From positions 64,001 to 128,000 of the forward strand of contig CAVUWD010000006.1 in the NCBI GenBank assembly GCA_963745025.1: a DNA stretch of 64,000 nucleotides. Reading direction: 5' to 3'. Position numbers and translations under genes: made by a program. Below, piece by piece: positions 1 through 10,911 of the stretch. Source of the stretch: an uncultured delta proteobacterium (lineage in GTDB: Bacteria > Desulfobacterota > Binatia > JACPRU01). Numbering within the stretch: the first letter of the stretch is position 1; every line of letters begins with the position of its first letter. The notes below the pieces were generated by a model. It did no database searches. It was not told the DNA's origin and saw nothing but the letters and a program-made list of their open reading frames with translations.

Positions 1-1
1 C

Positions 2-1615
2 ATCGTCTTCGTCTTTGCATCGCTGAACCCTGCGCATGAAAAGCGGGCGAAATCGATCGCCGAAGCGATGGTTCGGGAGCGTGGCCTCGACGTCGCGGTC
101 GTCACCTCCTCGGAGCTCGTACCGACGTTGAAGGAGTACACCCGTCTGACGAGCGTCGTTCTGCAGACCTACGCGGCGGAGCCGTCGCGCAAACAGTTCC
201 AGCGCGTAGATGCGCGCGCCAAGGAGCAGGGCTTTCGCGGCGAGGTGCAGACCCTGCTCGCGCACGGAGGGGTCGCCGACATCAGTCACCCGCGTCTCTA
301 CGAAGCCTTCGTCGCCGGTCCCATCGGCGGAATCCTCGGGGCGAAGTACGTCGGTGACGTGCTCGGCCTCGAGAACATCGTGGCCACCGACGTCGGCGGC
401 ACGAGCTTCGACGTCGGCATCATCCGCCAGGGCGCGATCCCGGTGGAGCGCGAGCCAGTGCTGCTCCACAACCGGGTCAGCCTGCCGATGATTCACACGG
501 TCTCGATCGGCGCCGGCACGGGGAGCGAGCTAGCGGTGAACCCGATCACCCACCGTCTCGAGATCGGCCCGAAGTCGGCGGGGCCCGACACCGGCCGCTG
601 CTATCGGCATCCGCGGCCGACGATCAGCGACTGCAACGTCGCGCTCGGCTATTTAAATCCGGACTTCTTTCTCGGCGGCACCGTGAAGCTCGATCGCAGC
701 CGGGCCATCGATGCGGTCTCCGCGCTCGCTGCCGAGTTCGGCAAGGACCCTTACGAGTTTGCCGCGGGTATCCTCGATGTTCTCCACGAGACCATGCGCC
801 AGCACGTGACCAGTATGATTCTCGGCCGGGGATACGACGTCCGCGAGTATTCACTCTTCGCATACGGCGGCGGCGGGCCGATGCACCTTTGGGGCTACCA
901 GCGCGGCATGGAGTTTCGAAGCGTCGTGACGTTCCCCTTCGCGGCCGTCTTCTCGGCCTTCGGGGTCCTCACCACCGACAGGATCTACCGCTATCACAAG
1001 GGAGTGATGGCGGCGTGTCCGCCGGGGGACGACGCCGTGTCGCGCGGCATCAAGGAGACGGCGGTCGATTCTCTGAACGCGGCCTGGGAAGATCTTCGCA
1101 GCCGGGCGCTCACCGATCTCGCGAAGAAGGGGCTCGACGAGCGCGACGTCGCGTTCCAACACTACGCCTACGTGCGCTACGGAACGCAGATCAACGATTT
1201 CGAGGTGCCGTTGCCGTTCGGACGGATCGACTCCGTCGCCGACCTTTCGCGCGTCGTCGAAGCCTTCGAGCGCGTCTACACCTCCCTCTACCCGAAAGCG
1301 GGGTGCTATCCCGAGGCGGGATACCTCATCATGGAGGTTGCGCTGAGCGCAGCCGTGCCGACGCCGCGCCCGCACCTGCCGCGGCTCGAGCTACGCGGCG
1401 AGCGGCCCTCGGAGGCCGCGCGCAAGGGACAGCGGCGCGTGTGGTGGTCGGGGGAATGGTTGCCCTTCCAGATACTCGACATGGAGCGCGTCGAGGCAGG
1501 GAACGTCGTGCCCGGACCAGCGATCTTCGAGGATCCGGCGACGACGCTCGTCGTTCCGCCGGGCCGGCGGGCGCGCTTCGACGACCGGCGGTTCATCTGG
1601 TTCGAAGCGTGCTGA
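2..1615 (+). CDS. acxA: Acetone carboxylase beta subunit-like (hydantoinase A/oxoprolinase family), 5'-truncated by window edge
   Basis: Frame open from base 2. Motifs AGPIGG, ATDVGGTSFDVG, SIGAGTGS, YGGGGPMH, FSAFG and GPAIFEDPATT. Followed by hydantoinase B-like and gamma-subunit genes. Confidence 0.8.
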   Translation: MVFVFASLNPAHEKRAKSIAEAMVRERGLDVAVVTSSELVPTLKEYTRLTSVVLQTYAAEPSRKQFQRVDARAKEQGFRGEVQTLLAHGGVADISHPRLYEAFVAGPIGGILGAKYVGDVLGLENIVATDVGGTSFDVGIIRQGAIPVEREPVLLHNRVSLPMIHTVSIGAGTGSELAVNPITHRLEIGPKSAGPDTGRCYRHPRPTISDCNVALGYLNPDFFLGGTVKLDRSRAIDAVSALAAEFGKDPYEFAAGILDVLHETMRQHVTSMILGRGYDVREYSLFAYGGGGPMHLWGYQRGMEFRSVVTFPFAAVFSAFGVLTTDRIYRYHKGVMAACPPGDDAVSRGIKETAVDSLNAAWEDLRSRALTDLAKKGLDERDVAFQHYAYVRYGTQINDFEVPLPFGRIDSVADLSRVVEAFERVYTSLYPKAGCYPEAGYLIMEVALSAAVPTPRPHLPRLELRGERPSEAARKGQRRVWWSGEWLPFQILDMERVEAGNVVPGPAIFEDPATTLVVPPGRRARFDDRRFIWFEAC

Positions 1616-1637
1616 GGCAGAAAAGGAGTTCGCCACC

Positions 1638-3806
1638 GTGACAGCTTCGCACCATTCTCTACGCGATCTTCTCGAGGAGAGCGAGCGGCTGTATCGCGAA
1701 ACGGGATGCTACCGGGGCATCCGCGAGCTCGAGATCGCGCGCGGGGCGCCGCTCGAGTACGAGCGGCTGCACTCGCGGCTCCTCTCGACGGTGATCTCGA
1801 CGCGCGAGACCGTCAAGCACATCGCCGCCTCCCCCGGGACTCGCGAGGTCGGCGAGTTCGTGATCGCGCTTTACACGCCCGAGGGGGACGCCATCGCGCT
1901 GTCGACCGGGATTATGGTCCACGTGCATACGCTCTCGGAGTTCATCAAGTTCGTAATTCGCGAGGGCTACGAGGACGACCCGCGAATCCGCCCCGGCGAC
2001 ATCTTCGAGAACAACGAGTCGTGGGCCGGCGGCGTGCACACCCCCGACGTGCAAACCATCACGCCGATTTTCCACGTAGGCGAGCTGGTCGGCTGGGTCG
2101 GCAGCGTCACACACGAGCTCGAAACCGGCACCGTAGAGGGTGCGGGAGTGGTTCTCATGCAGGCGGAGCGCTTTGGCGAGGGGCTGCACGTGAGCGCCGA
2201 GAAGGTCGGCGAGAACGACGACTACCGCCGAGATTACCTGGTGCGCCTGCGAATGAACCTGCGCCACCCCGACTGGTGGATCCTCGACGGCAAGTCCAAG
2301 CTCGCCGGCATGATCATGGTGCGCGAGGCGGTGCTCAAGGTGATCGAGGAGTTCGGCCTCGACTTCTACCGCCGGGCGACACGCGAGCTGATCGAGGAGG
2401 GGCGGCGGAGCTTCCTCCGCCGCGTGCGCCGGACCTGCATTCCCGGTCGCTACCGCGCCACGCACCACCAGGTCTTCCGCTTCGCGAACGCACCGTATGT
2501 TCACCCCTTCGCCCGCAAGAACATGGGCCAGCTCGTGCCGATCGCCATCGATGTCGGGCGTGACGGGTCGCTCAGCATGGATTTTGAGGGGGCAAGCCGG
2601 TGGGACTTCCACCCGTACAACTGCACGCCGTCCGCGATGAACGGCGGCCTGTGGATCGCGCTCGTCCAGGTACTTGCCTACGACGGCCGCGTGAACGACG
2701 GTGCTTACCATGCCGTCCGCCAGAATCTTCCGAAAGGCTCGGTCGTGAACACGGACTATCCGGCCGCGGGCACCTCGATGAGCTGGTGGACGCTGATCCC
2801 GCTGTACAGCAACTGGGTGCGCCTCATGTCGATTGGCTTCTTCGCGCGCGGCTTCGTCGAGGAGGTCTTTCAAGGCACGCCGACGGAGGTCTTCAACAGC
2901 GCCGGCTTCGACCGGCTCGGGCGACCGACCGGAGTGTCGAACTTCGAGGCCGCGGCAGGGAGCTCGGGCGCACGTGCTGTGTGGGACGGGATCGACCACA
3001 GCCACCAACTCTGGAACCCCGAAGCCGTCGCCTCCGACATCGAAGTGTGGGAGATGGTGATCCCGAAAATCTACCTGGGCCGCGGCCTCTCGCGCGACCG
3101 TCACGGCATGGGCCGGTTCCGTGGCGGGACGAGCTGGGAGTCGGTTTACGCAATCCACGACACGTCGATGATGACTGTGATCATGGGAGGCGTGGACCAA
3201 GGCGGGATCGTCTTCCAGAAAGGGCTTTTCGGCGGCTACCCGAGCCCCGGACCCAGGTTTTTCTATGCCAAGGACACCAACCTCGCGGACCTCGTCGAGG
3301 CGGGAAGTGATTTGCCCCGTTCGATCGTCGAGTGCGAGCGCTGGCTCGCCGATGGAACACTCCGGGCGAAGCAGTTCGAGTTTTCCACTGGCCCCGTGTG
3401 GTCGCCCGCGCTGAAGGACGGCGATCTCGCCGGTCTCTACTATACGGGCGGAGCGGGCTACGGCGATCCGCTCGAGCGCGACCCCAGCCGGGTTCTCGAC
3501 GACCTTGAGATGGGCATCGTGTCCGCGGAGTTCGCGCGCAAGGCTTATGGTGTCGTACTGGGCATGGAGGGAGGCAGACACGTCGTGGACGCCGAGGCGA
3601 CCGAGACGCTGCGCGAGGAGCGCCACCGCGACCGGCTCGCGAGGGCCGTCCCGGTCGAGCAATGGTGGCACGAGGCGCGCGAGGCTGCGCGCCGACCCGA
3701 GGTCGAGGACGTGATCGTCGACATGTACCGAAAGTCGGCCGAGCTCTCCGCGAAGGTGCCCAAGGAATATCGAGAGTTCTGGCAGATCGAAGAGTGGCCC
3801 TACTGA
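1638..3806 (+). CDS. acxB: Acetone carboxylase alpha subunit-like (hydantoinase B/oxoprolinase family)
   Basis: GIMVHVHT, metal-ligand motifs GGVHTPDV (HxxD) and SVTHELE, GxGRFRGG, and GGAGYGDPLERDP. RBS AAGGAG upstream. Confidence 0.82.
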   Translation: MTASHHSLRDLLEESERLYRETGCYRGIRELEIARGAPLEYERLHSRLLSTVISTRETVKHIAASPGTREVGEFVIALYTPEGDAIALSTGIMVHVHTLSEFIKFVIREGYEDDPRIRPGDIFENNESWAGGVHTPDVQTITPIFHVGELVGWVGSVTHELETGTVEGAGVVLMQAERFGEGLHVSAEKVGENDDYRRDYLVRLRMNLRHPDWWILDGKSKLAGMIMVREAVLKVIEEFGLDFYRRATRELIEEGRRSFLRRVRRTCIPGRYRATHHQVFRFANAPYVHPFARKNMGQLVPIAIDVGRDGSLSMDFEGASRWDFHPYNCTPSAMNGGLWIALVQVLAYDGRVNDGAYHAVRQNLPKGSVVNTDYPAAGTSMSWWTLIPLYSNWVRLMSIGFFARGFVEEVFQGTPTEVFNSAGFDRLGRPTGVSNFEAAAGSSGARAVWDGIDHSHQLWNPEAVASDIEVWEMVIPKIYLGRGLSRDRHGMGRFRGGTSWESVYAIHDTSMMTVIMGGVDQGGIVFQKGLFGGYPSPGPRFFYAKDTNLADLVEAGSDLPRSIVECERWLADGTLRAKQFEFSTGPVWSPALKDGDLAGLYYTGGAGYGDPLERDPSRVLDDLEMGIVSAEFARKAYGVVLGMEGGRHVVDAEATETLREERHRDRLARAVPVEQWWHEAREAARRPEVEDVIVDMYRKSAELSAKVPKEYREFWQIEEWPY

Positions 3807-3816
3807 GGAAGCCTCC

Positions 3817-4455
3817 ATGCAGAAGCGCAAGGAAGACGCTTACGAGCAGCATCACCCGCGGGAACTGATTCGCGACCTCGTCGCGCGCAAGCTCGACTGG
3901 CGGCAAATCAAGGAGATCCAGAGCGCCGAGAAGGACCCCGATCGCTTTGACAAGTACCTCTCCCTTCTGCAGGAACGCATGCCCTGGCCGGACACGATCC
4001 TGCTGCCGATTCACGACCATCTCTTCATCGTCGCCAACGACCGCGGGGTGCTGACCAAGACTCTGTGCGGGCAAGAGCTCGGCGACTGGCGCGAAAACTG
4101 GAAGCTTCGTGTGCTGATCCACGTGCGAAGGACCCGCCAGGAGCTGCTCGAGGTCTACGCCGAGAATGTGACGCTCGACCCGACGGTCGTCGAGCTGCGC
4201 GAGTTCATCTGCCCCGGCTGCGGGACGCTTCTCGACGTCGACGCGGTGCCGCCGCATTATCCGGTCGAGCGGGACTTCTTCCCCGATCTGCGGACCTTCT
4301 ACGAAGATTGGCTCGGGCGGGAGCTTCCCGTCGACGTCGGCGACTACGAGGAGCGCTCCGCAGAAGTCCTACGCACGTGGGCGCGCGGGAGTCGCGATGC
4401 TTCTCGGGTGCGGCCAGCCGGGTCAGCGCCTCACAGCCCGCGCGGCTCTTCGTAA
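3817..4455 (+). CDS. acxC: Acetone carboxylase gamma subunit
   Basis: CGQELGDWRENWK and REFICPGCGTLLDVDAVPPHYPV Zn motifs, plus FFPDLRTFYEDWLG. Third gene of the operon. Confidence 0.85.
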   Translation: MQKRKEDAYEQHHPRELIRDLVARKLDWRQIKEIQSAEKDPDRFDKYLSLLQERMPWPDTILLPIHDHLFIVANDRGVLTKTLCGQELGDWRENWKLRVLIHVRRTRQELLEVYAENVTLDPTVVELREFICPGCGTLLDVDAVPPHYPVERDFFPDLRTFYEDWLGRELPVDVGDYEERSAEVLRTWARGSRDASRVRPAGSAPHSPRGSS

Positions 4456-4847
4456 CCTTTTCTGCATCTCGCCGTTCGCGGGCGGCACCATCTGGGGGAA
4501 AAAAAAGAAAGGGTGGGCGACCGAGAGAACGATGAAGTCCTCTCGGTCGTGTTCTCGGTAGGCGGAATTGCCGGAACGAGATTCCGAGCGAACGCTCGCG
4601 ACTGCGAATCGCGCGAGGCTGGCGGGCCTCGGAGAGATACTCGCGTAGGTCGATATCAAATGGACCCGTCCCGCACGAAGTAGCTGCCACACGCGAAGTA
4701 CGCCGCCTTAAGTCTCGTTTCTGCATCTGGTCCTTTGCAGGCACATGATCGCGGCGCGGAATCGCGGCCGGTCCGTCGGTTACGCGATGGTGGCGCGCGG
4801 TGGTTACGCGGCTTCTCCCCTCTGCGGCCGCGTGTTACCTTCATGGA

Positions 4848-6187
4848 ATGCGAACCCGCATCCTGCGGATCGTCGCTCTCTCCGTGATCGCGCTCGCCGT
4901 TCCGCCCCGCGCCTTGGCCGAGCTCCCGCCCGTCGGAACAGTCGTCAACAAGGACAACGCCGAGAAGTACGGCGAGGTGCTGAACCCGACACAGCAGTAC
5001 ATGCTGAAGCACGGCGCCACGATGCCGGTCACCGAGTACCGCAAGTACGAGTGGCCGCCGGAGTACCAGGAAGCGACGGAGAAGTACTCGAGCCAGGTCC
5101 GCCTGAGCCCGGACGGCCGCGACATCGTCAACTACGTGGTCGGCGCGCCGTTCCCGCTCGTCGACGAGAACGACCCGCAGGCGGGCGCGAAATGGATGTG
5201 GAACCACGAGCAGGGGCCGAAGTACACCGACAACGTCGGCATCGGCTGGAACGTGGAGCTCGTCAACGACCGCGGCGAGCGCGAGCGCTTCTTCGGCTCG
5301 AACTTCTGGCGGCGCATGATGTGGCGCGGCCGGATCGTGCTCGATCCGAAGCCCGTCGTGCCGCACGATCCCGCAATCGGCTACTACCGAGCAGTGGGGG
5401 CCGCTGCACGACCCGAACGACCTGAAGGGCGCGGGCGCGCTCAACTTCCGCTACGTCTCGCCCGACGTGCCCGACGATACCTACTTCTATGTCCCGGAGC
5501 TGCGGAAGGTGCGCCGGATGTCGGTGGCGAACCGCTCCGACGCGTTCTGGGGGACCGACATCGACATCGACTCGATCTGGACGTGGAACTCGAAGCTCTC
5601 GTTCTGGACCTTCAAGTACCTCGGCACGCACAAGCAGCTCACGCGCGTTCCACTCGGGCGGCTACGGGCAGCGCGACGCGCTCTGCGCCCAGCCGGACGG
5701 CGCGTCGGGGATCAAGCCTTCTTCTGCTGCTTGAACCACGAGCTGCGCGACATCGTGATCGTCGAGGGCACGCCGACCGGCTTCAGCCAGTACGCGTTCA
5801 GCAAGCGCATCGTATACATCGACAAGGAGTCGCTGATGGCCCAGTTCAACGAGGGCTACGACCAGGGCGGCCAGCTGTGGAAGACGCTGGTACATGTACA
5901 GCGACGCGGGGAAGTCGCCGCACGACATCGAGCGCCAGCCCGACGGTTCGATCAAGGTCGTCCCGACCAAGACGGTGAATCCGCCGTCGCACGCGCACGA
6001 GCGCGTCGGCGCCTACCACGGCGGCGTGGTGGACATGCAGCTGAATCACGCCTCGAAGTGGGACGCGCCGGACGCCTACCTCTATCCCAATCCCGGCGTG
6101 GGGCACGGTTACGTGGACGAGCCGCGCGACTGGAACACCCCCGACACCTTCACGATCAACTACTTGATCAAGAGCGCGGGCTTCTAG
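4848..6187 (+). CDS. DUF1329-family periplasmic/outer-membrane-associated protein, several frameshifts (probable sequencing indels)
   Basis: Signal peptide, GAPFP..DPQAGAKWMWN, then YVPELRKVRR, YAFSKRIVYIDKE and YDQGGQLWK in other frames. Shifts near 5385, 5645-5715 and 5890. Confidence 0.75.
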
Positions 6188-6668
6188 CGGAGCGGCGGCG
6201 TCCTTCTACGGCCCGTGCTCGGCGAAGGCGCTGAACTTGCCGTCTCGCGCGACGGCGAAGGCCTAGAGGTGACCGAGTCCTCGCGGCGGCGGGAACACCA
6301 TCACCACCATCACCCCAAGCCAGTTGACGAGTGCCTTGCACGCCCCATAGAAACGGGCGTTCCGAACGAGAGGGGCGTCCCGGGCGTCTGAGATGGACCC
6401 CTCTATGTAGCTTTCCGGCCCTTGTAGCCGCTATCCCCCAGCGTCGGAGAAACCGGACGATCTTGATGTGCTAGAAATCCCTCGCCCCGACGCGAGTGGA
6501 TAGGGCGTATGAACGTTCGAAGAAATTTGCCGGTTTCGAGCTTTTGGATCTAGTCAGAAGGCGGCTCTGTAGATAAAGACCTTCGGTGCGCCGGGGGCTC
6601 GGCCCCAGAACTGTCGTAGAGCACTCGAGTCCCCGTCATCGTTTGGTATCGTTCGCGTGCGCTGACCG

Positions 6669-7996
6669 ATGGCCTTCGTGATCCAGAAACTCGTCCTTCC
6701 CGTCCTCTGCTTCGCTCTAGCATTCCATCTCATCAGCACGTACGAGCGTCGCCGCGGTTCGGCTTCGGACTCCGATGCGACGATCGGTCAGGCTTTCGCG
6801 CTCACTGCACTGATCATCTTCGCGCTCTATGGAGCAGTCCCTCAGCTGTGGCCCTCCGCGGCGCAGCTTCTCACGCTCTTCGTTCTCCTGCTCGGCGCAT
6901 CGCAGCTCTACTTCTCGCTCCGGCGGGGTATCGGTTCGGCCCATTGAGTGCGGGAACGTCCAACGGCCGGAGCGTTCTCGTTATCGGAAGGAGCGCTGTG
7001 GTGCTGGCGGCGGCACGTGAAATCGAGCGCAGCGGCTACACCGTTGTTCGCTACTCGGGGCGCAACGGGGATGGAAGCTCGGGACAGTCGCTCCGTACGC
7101 TCGCGAGAGCCTCCGAGGTAGTCGCGGAAACGAAGATCGTGCGGATCATCGTGGGCCTGCGCTCCTCCGCCGAGGAGCTCCCGCTGCGCCAGCTACTCGA
7201 GCAACGGCTCGGTGGCGTCCCGGTGGAGACAGGCCACGAAGCGTATGAACGCCTGACTGGCAAGATCTTCCTCGATGAGAGAACGCCGCTGCATCTGCTG
7301 GTCTCGCACGCGTGTCTGAGCAGCCGTCTCTACGGCAGGATGAAGCGATGCGTGAGCGCGATCGTGGCCGCCGTGGCGTTGGTGCCGGCTCTCCCGGTGA
7401 TGGCGCTCATCGCTCTGTCCATCCATTTGGCCGACAAAGGGCCCGTACTCTTCGTCCAGGAGCGCGTAGGGCTGCATGGTCGGCCCTTTCGCCTGCTGAA
7501 GTTCCGCACCATGGGCGACAAGAAGGACACCTCCTCGGAATGGGAGCGGGACAACGAAAATCGCATCACCCCACCCGGCCGATGGCTGCGAAAGCTCCAC
7601 CTCGATGAGTTGCCCCAGCTCTGGAACATCTTGCGCGGGGACATGGAACTCGTCGGTCCCCGCCCGCATCCGGTCTCGAACTACGAGCTGTTCGCTCGCT
7701 CGATTCCGTACTACTCCCTCCGTTCCCTCGTCCGGCCCGGACTCACCGGGTGGGCCCAGGTGCGACAAGGCTACGCCCACGACCTCACGGGCGAGATCGA
7801 GAAGATGCGCTACGACCTCTGTGCGATCGCCCGACCGTCGCTTCGGCGCGACCTGTGGGTGCTTCTCGCGACCACGAAGATTCTTCTGCTGGGTCATCCG
7901 CTCGGAGGCGAGGCGGCGCGGACTGCCGAGAAGGCGGAGCGCGACGACAGCGTCGCCATTCCATTAATGATCCCCCGGCAAAGCCGGGGGAATTGA
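6669..7996 (+). CDS. Priming polyprenyl glycosylphosphotransferase (WcaJ/bacterial sugar transferase), split by a frameshift near 6925
   Basis: N-terminal TM segment (6669-6947) continues in another frame into VLVIG. The C-terminal domain has FVQERVG, KFRTM, LDELPQLWNILRGDMELVGPRP and RPGLTGWAQV. Confidence 0.8.
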
Positions 7997-8353
7997 AGAT
8001 GTGAGCCGCTCAAAGCGGCTGGTCTGGGGGCCGCTCACGAGCGGCCGGTCATGCGCCGCCTGATGGCGGCGGGCGGCTACAGCAAGTTCAACTGGTCGAG
8101 GCGCTTGTCCTCTCGTCCATGGATAGGAACTCCCTTTCGTGTGCTTTGACCGGCTCACGGAGGGGAGTTCCATTCTCATGCTTCCGGAATTGTCAAACTT
8201 CGGCGGCCTCCCCGGCACAGTCGGGGGGACTCTCCTGATGTACTAGGCCGACGTGCTCAATTCCCACTTAACCGCGCGCGCCCTCAGTGCGCCAAACGCC
8301 AGAACGAAGCATGGTGTTCGTCCTGGCGCGCAAAGCGGAGGTGAGGCTCGTGC

Positions 8354-9115
8354 TTATAGAAGGTCTTTCAGGATGCGACCGTGTCCGAGCACGGCGTCGA
8401 ATGTCCCTGAGTAGCAGCCCAGCACTTCCAGCACCGGCAGCTTGTACCAGGGATCGACCGCCGACGGCGCGTCGTGGTGCAGCGAACCCGGGCCCGTCCA
8501 GATGTCGGGCAGACCGTTCGAACCCATGTGCGGTACGAGGTCCAGAGAACTGCCGATGAGCTGCGCCAGCGCCGGGCGTTTCGCCTCGGTGGCGCAGGGG
8601 ATGACCTTGAGCGAGATGCTCGGCGTGAGCTGGAAATCCTCGGTGCGGACCGGTGTGACATTGCGCATCACGGCCGTCATCAGCCGATTGCCGGTCGGGC
8701 GTTCGACCAGACCCATCATCACTTCGCTTTCGTGGCGTACTTGGATGTGCGCGAGCTTCTTGGCGAAGCCCCAGATTTCGCGGCCGCCGATCAAGGGTGC
8801 TTCGTTGTCGGTGAAGAGCGCCGGGTAGTAGCTGTACACCTGCCCCTCGAAGCGCGCTCGAATCGAGATCATGGCTTCGTGATAGGGGCCGAAGGTCGAG
8901 GCGCCGTAATGGGCCAGAATCACCGTGGCGGTCGCGGGACCGTCCAGCTCCAGATCTTCCGGCAGCCAGGCCGCCGCCGCATCGTCGTCGGTGCGGTAGG
9001 TGATGAACATCATCTCCATGTGGCGGTAGTAGAATGGCGGCTTCTGCACCGCTTCGCCGGTGACCGGCATGGTGGCGCCGTAGTGATCGAGCTTCAGTTG
9101 TCCTTTGCGTGCCAT
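8354..9115 (-). CDS. adc: Acetoacetate decarboxylase family protein
   Basis: PPFYY, FITYRTD, GPYHE and GGREIWGFAKKLA (Schiff-base Lys pair). RBS AAGGGAG upstream. Confidence 0.8.
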   Translation of the reverse strand: MARKGQLKLDHYGATMPVTGEAVQKPPFYYRHMEMMFITYRTDDDAAAAWLPEDLELDGPATATVILAHYGASTFGPYHEAMISIRARFEGQVYSYYPALFTDNEAPLIGGREIWGFAKKLAHIQVRHESEVMMGLVERPTGNRLMTAVMRNVTPVRTEDFQLTPSISLKVIPCATEAKRPALAQLIGSSLDLVPHMGSNGLPDIWTGPGSLHHDAPSAVDPWYKLPVLEVLGCYSGTFDAVLGHGRILKDLL

Positions 9116-9438
9116 GGTGACTCCCTTTTGAAAGAGGATATCGCCTAAGAGGGCCGGAAAGCTACATATGTTGACGGCGTTCTGTGATGCGGGCGGTGGG
9201 ACCTCGCTGCTGGACGATCAGCCGGATGCTCGGCCCTCCGCGCAGACCAGGCGAGCTCGATCGTCCCGGCGGCCGGAATCACGAAGCCTGCTCGACGGTA
9301 GCGCCTTGCTCGAAAAGCGGCCATCAAGCCTTCTGATAGGCCGAATTTCGCGGAACTAGTGCGCCGGTTCGGCGGACGGAGAGAAGCCCCGCTTGCATGG
9401 TGCGGGTCCCTCCGTTATCTCGCCAGCGGAGGTACGTG

Positions 9439-10320
9439 ATGGGGAGCACACAATCGAACGGCCTGGAGATCGCGTACGAGGAGATCGGTCCTCGCGCCGG
9501 ACGGCCGCTGGTTCTGGTGATGGGCCTCGGCGTCTCGCTCGTCTTCTGGGAAGACGAGTTCTGCGCGATGCTAGCCGAGCGCGGGCACCGGGTGATCCGC
9601 TTCGACAACCGCGACGTCGGCCGCTCGACCAAGCTCGACGCGCTCGGCATCCCGAACGTGATGGAGGCGATGACGGCGCTCGCGACCGGCAAATCGATCG
9701 CTGGGCCATATCTCCTGAGCGACATGGCGCGCGACACCATCGGTCTCATGGACGCCCTGGGGATCGAGCGCGCTCACGTCGTCGGCGCTTCGATGGGAGG
9801 CATGATCGGTCAGACGATGGCGATCGAACACCCACAGCGGCTGCGCTCGATGACGTCGATCATGTCGTCGACGGGGAGCCCGAGCGTTCCGCCGGGCAAG
9901 CCCGAGGCGATGGCGCTGCTGGTCCGGCCACCCGCGTCCGACCGTGCCGCGTACGTCGATCAGGCGGTGGAGGTTTGGCGGGTGATCGGCAGCCCGGGCT
10001 TCCCCTTCGACGAACAGCGCGTACGGGTGCGGGCCGCAGCGCACTTCGATCGTGGATACCACCCGCCGGGCGTCGCCCGCCAGCTCGTCGGTGTCGTCGC
10101 GTCGGGAGATCGGACGGCGGCACTGCGCAAGGTCTCGACACCATCGCTCGTGATCCACGGCGTGGACGACCCGCTCGTGCCAGTCGAGGGCGGGAAGGCG
10201 ACCGCGGCGGCCATCCCGGGCGCGCGCCTGCTCCTGATCGAAGGCATGGGACACGACATGCCGCGCGAGGCCTGGCCGCGGATCGTCGACGCGATCAGCG
10301 AGCTGACCGCCACGCACTAG
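9439..10320 (+). CDS. Alpha/beta fold hydrolase
   Basis: RFDNRDVGRS, nucleophile GASMGG, IHGVDDPLVP and GMGHD. RBS GGAGGT. Confidence 0.9.
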   Translation: MGSTQSNGLEIAYEEIGPRAGRPLVLVMGLGVSLVFWEDEFCAMLAERGHRVIRFDNRDVGRSTKLDALGIPNVMEAMTALATGKSIAGPYLLSDMARDTIGLMDALGIERAHVVGASMGGMIGQTMAIEHPQRLRSMTSIMSSTGSPSVPPGKPEAMALLVRPPASDRAAYVDQAVEVWRVIGSPGFPFDEQRVRVRAAAHFDRGYHPPGVARQLVGVVASGDRTAALRKVSTPSLVIHGVDDPLVPVEGGKATAAAIPGARLLLIEGMGHDMPREAWPRIVDAISELTATH

Positions 10321-10721
10321 AGCACGAGCTTCCAGATCCAGATCACGACGATCGCGAGTTGGACGACGAAGAGCGTCGCGCGCACGAGCACCGCGGGCGG
10401 TGCAGTCGAGGCGATGTGCACCGCGGACTGCCCGAGCCGCGCGTAGAGCAGCGGCATGGCGAGACCGTCGGTGACGTCGCCCCGGCCCGCGACCGCGGCC
10501 GACAAGATCACCGCGCCGACCACGGGCAGCAACTCTACGCAGTTCAGATGCGCGCGCGTCAGCCGCTGGCCCAGCGGGTCGACGTCGGTGCCGGCGGGCG
10601 AGAAGGTGTTGACCGCCTTTCCGGTGCGCCGCGAGTAGATGACGCGGTAGTTCGCGAGCGAGAAGACGAGCAGGATTGTCCAGCCGGCGAACAAACAGAG
10701 CGCAACGAGCGATGGTGTCAT
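10317..10721 (-). CDS. MAPEG family membrane protein
   Basis: Four hydrophobic segments and the motif RLTRAHLNCVE. RBS AGGAGG upstream of MTPSLV. Confidence 0.8.
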   Translation of the reverse strand: MTPSLVALCLFAGWTILLVFSLANYRVIYSRRTGKAVNTFSPAGTDVDPLGQRLTRAHLNCVELLPVVGAVILSAAVAGRGDVTDGLAMPLLYARLGQSAVHIASTAPPAVLVRATLFVVQLAIVVIWIWKLVL

Positions 10722-10911
10722 GTCTGCGAACCCCTCCTGGGAGACTCGGGTCAGCATGACACGGCACAATCGGATTCAAAAGAGTATTCGCGACTCGGGC
10801 GCTCCGCCGATCGCTCAGGACAGTTCTTGACGGATGTCCTCGGCACTTCCCCGGCAGCAGCGGGGGTAAACCCACCGCATCGGGTGCGCCGGTTTGGAAG
10901 GAAAGCGTCGC

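Noticed and set aside
1659-3830. 723-aa antisense ORF and many similar long shadow ORFs (e.g. 9393-11240, 20901-22895, 39714-41336)
   Set aside because: They overlap well-supported genes and carry no motifs. Long shadow frames are expected in high-GC DNA.
6295-6315. His-tag-like caccatcaccaccatcac run
   Set aside because: Not within a supportable ORF; low-complexity chance match.
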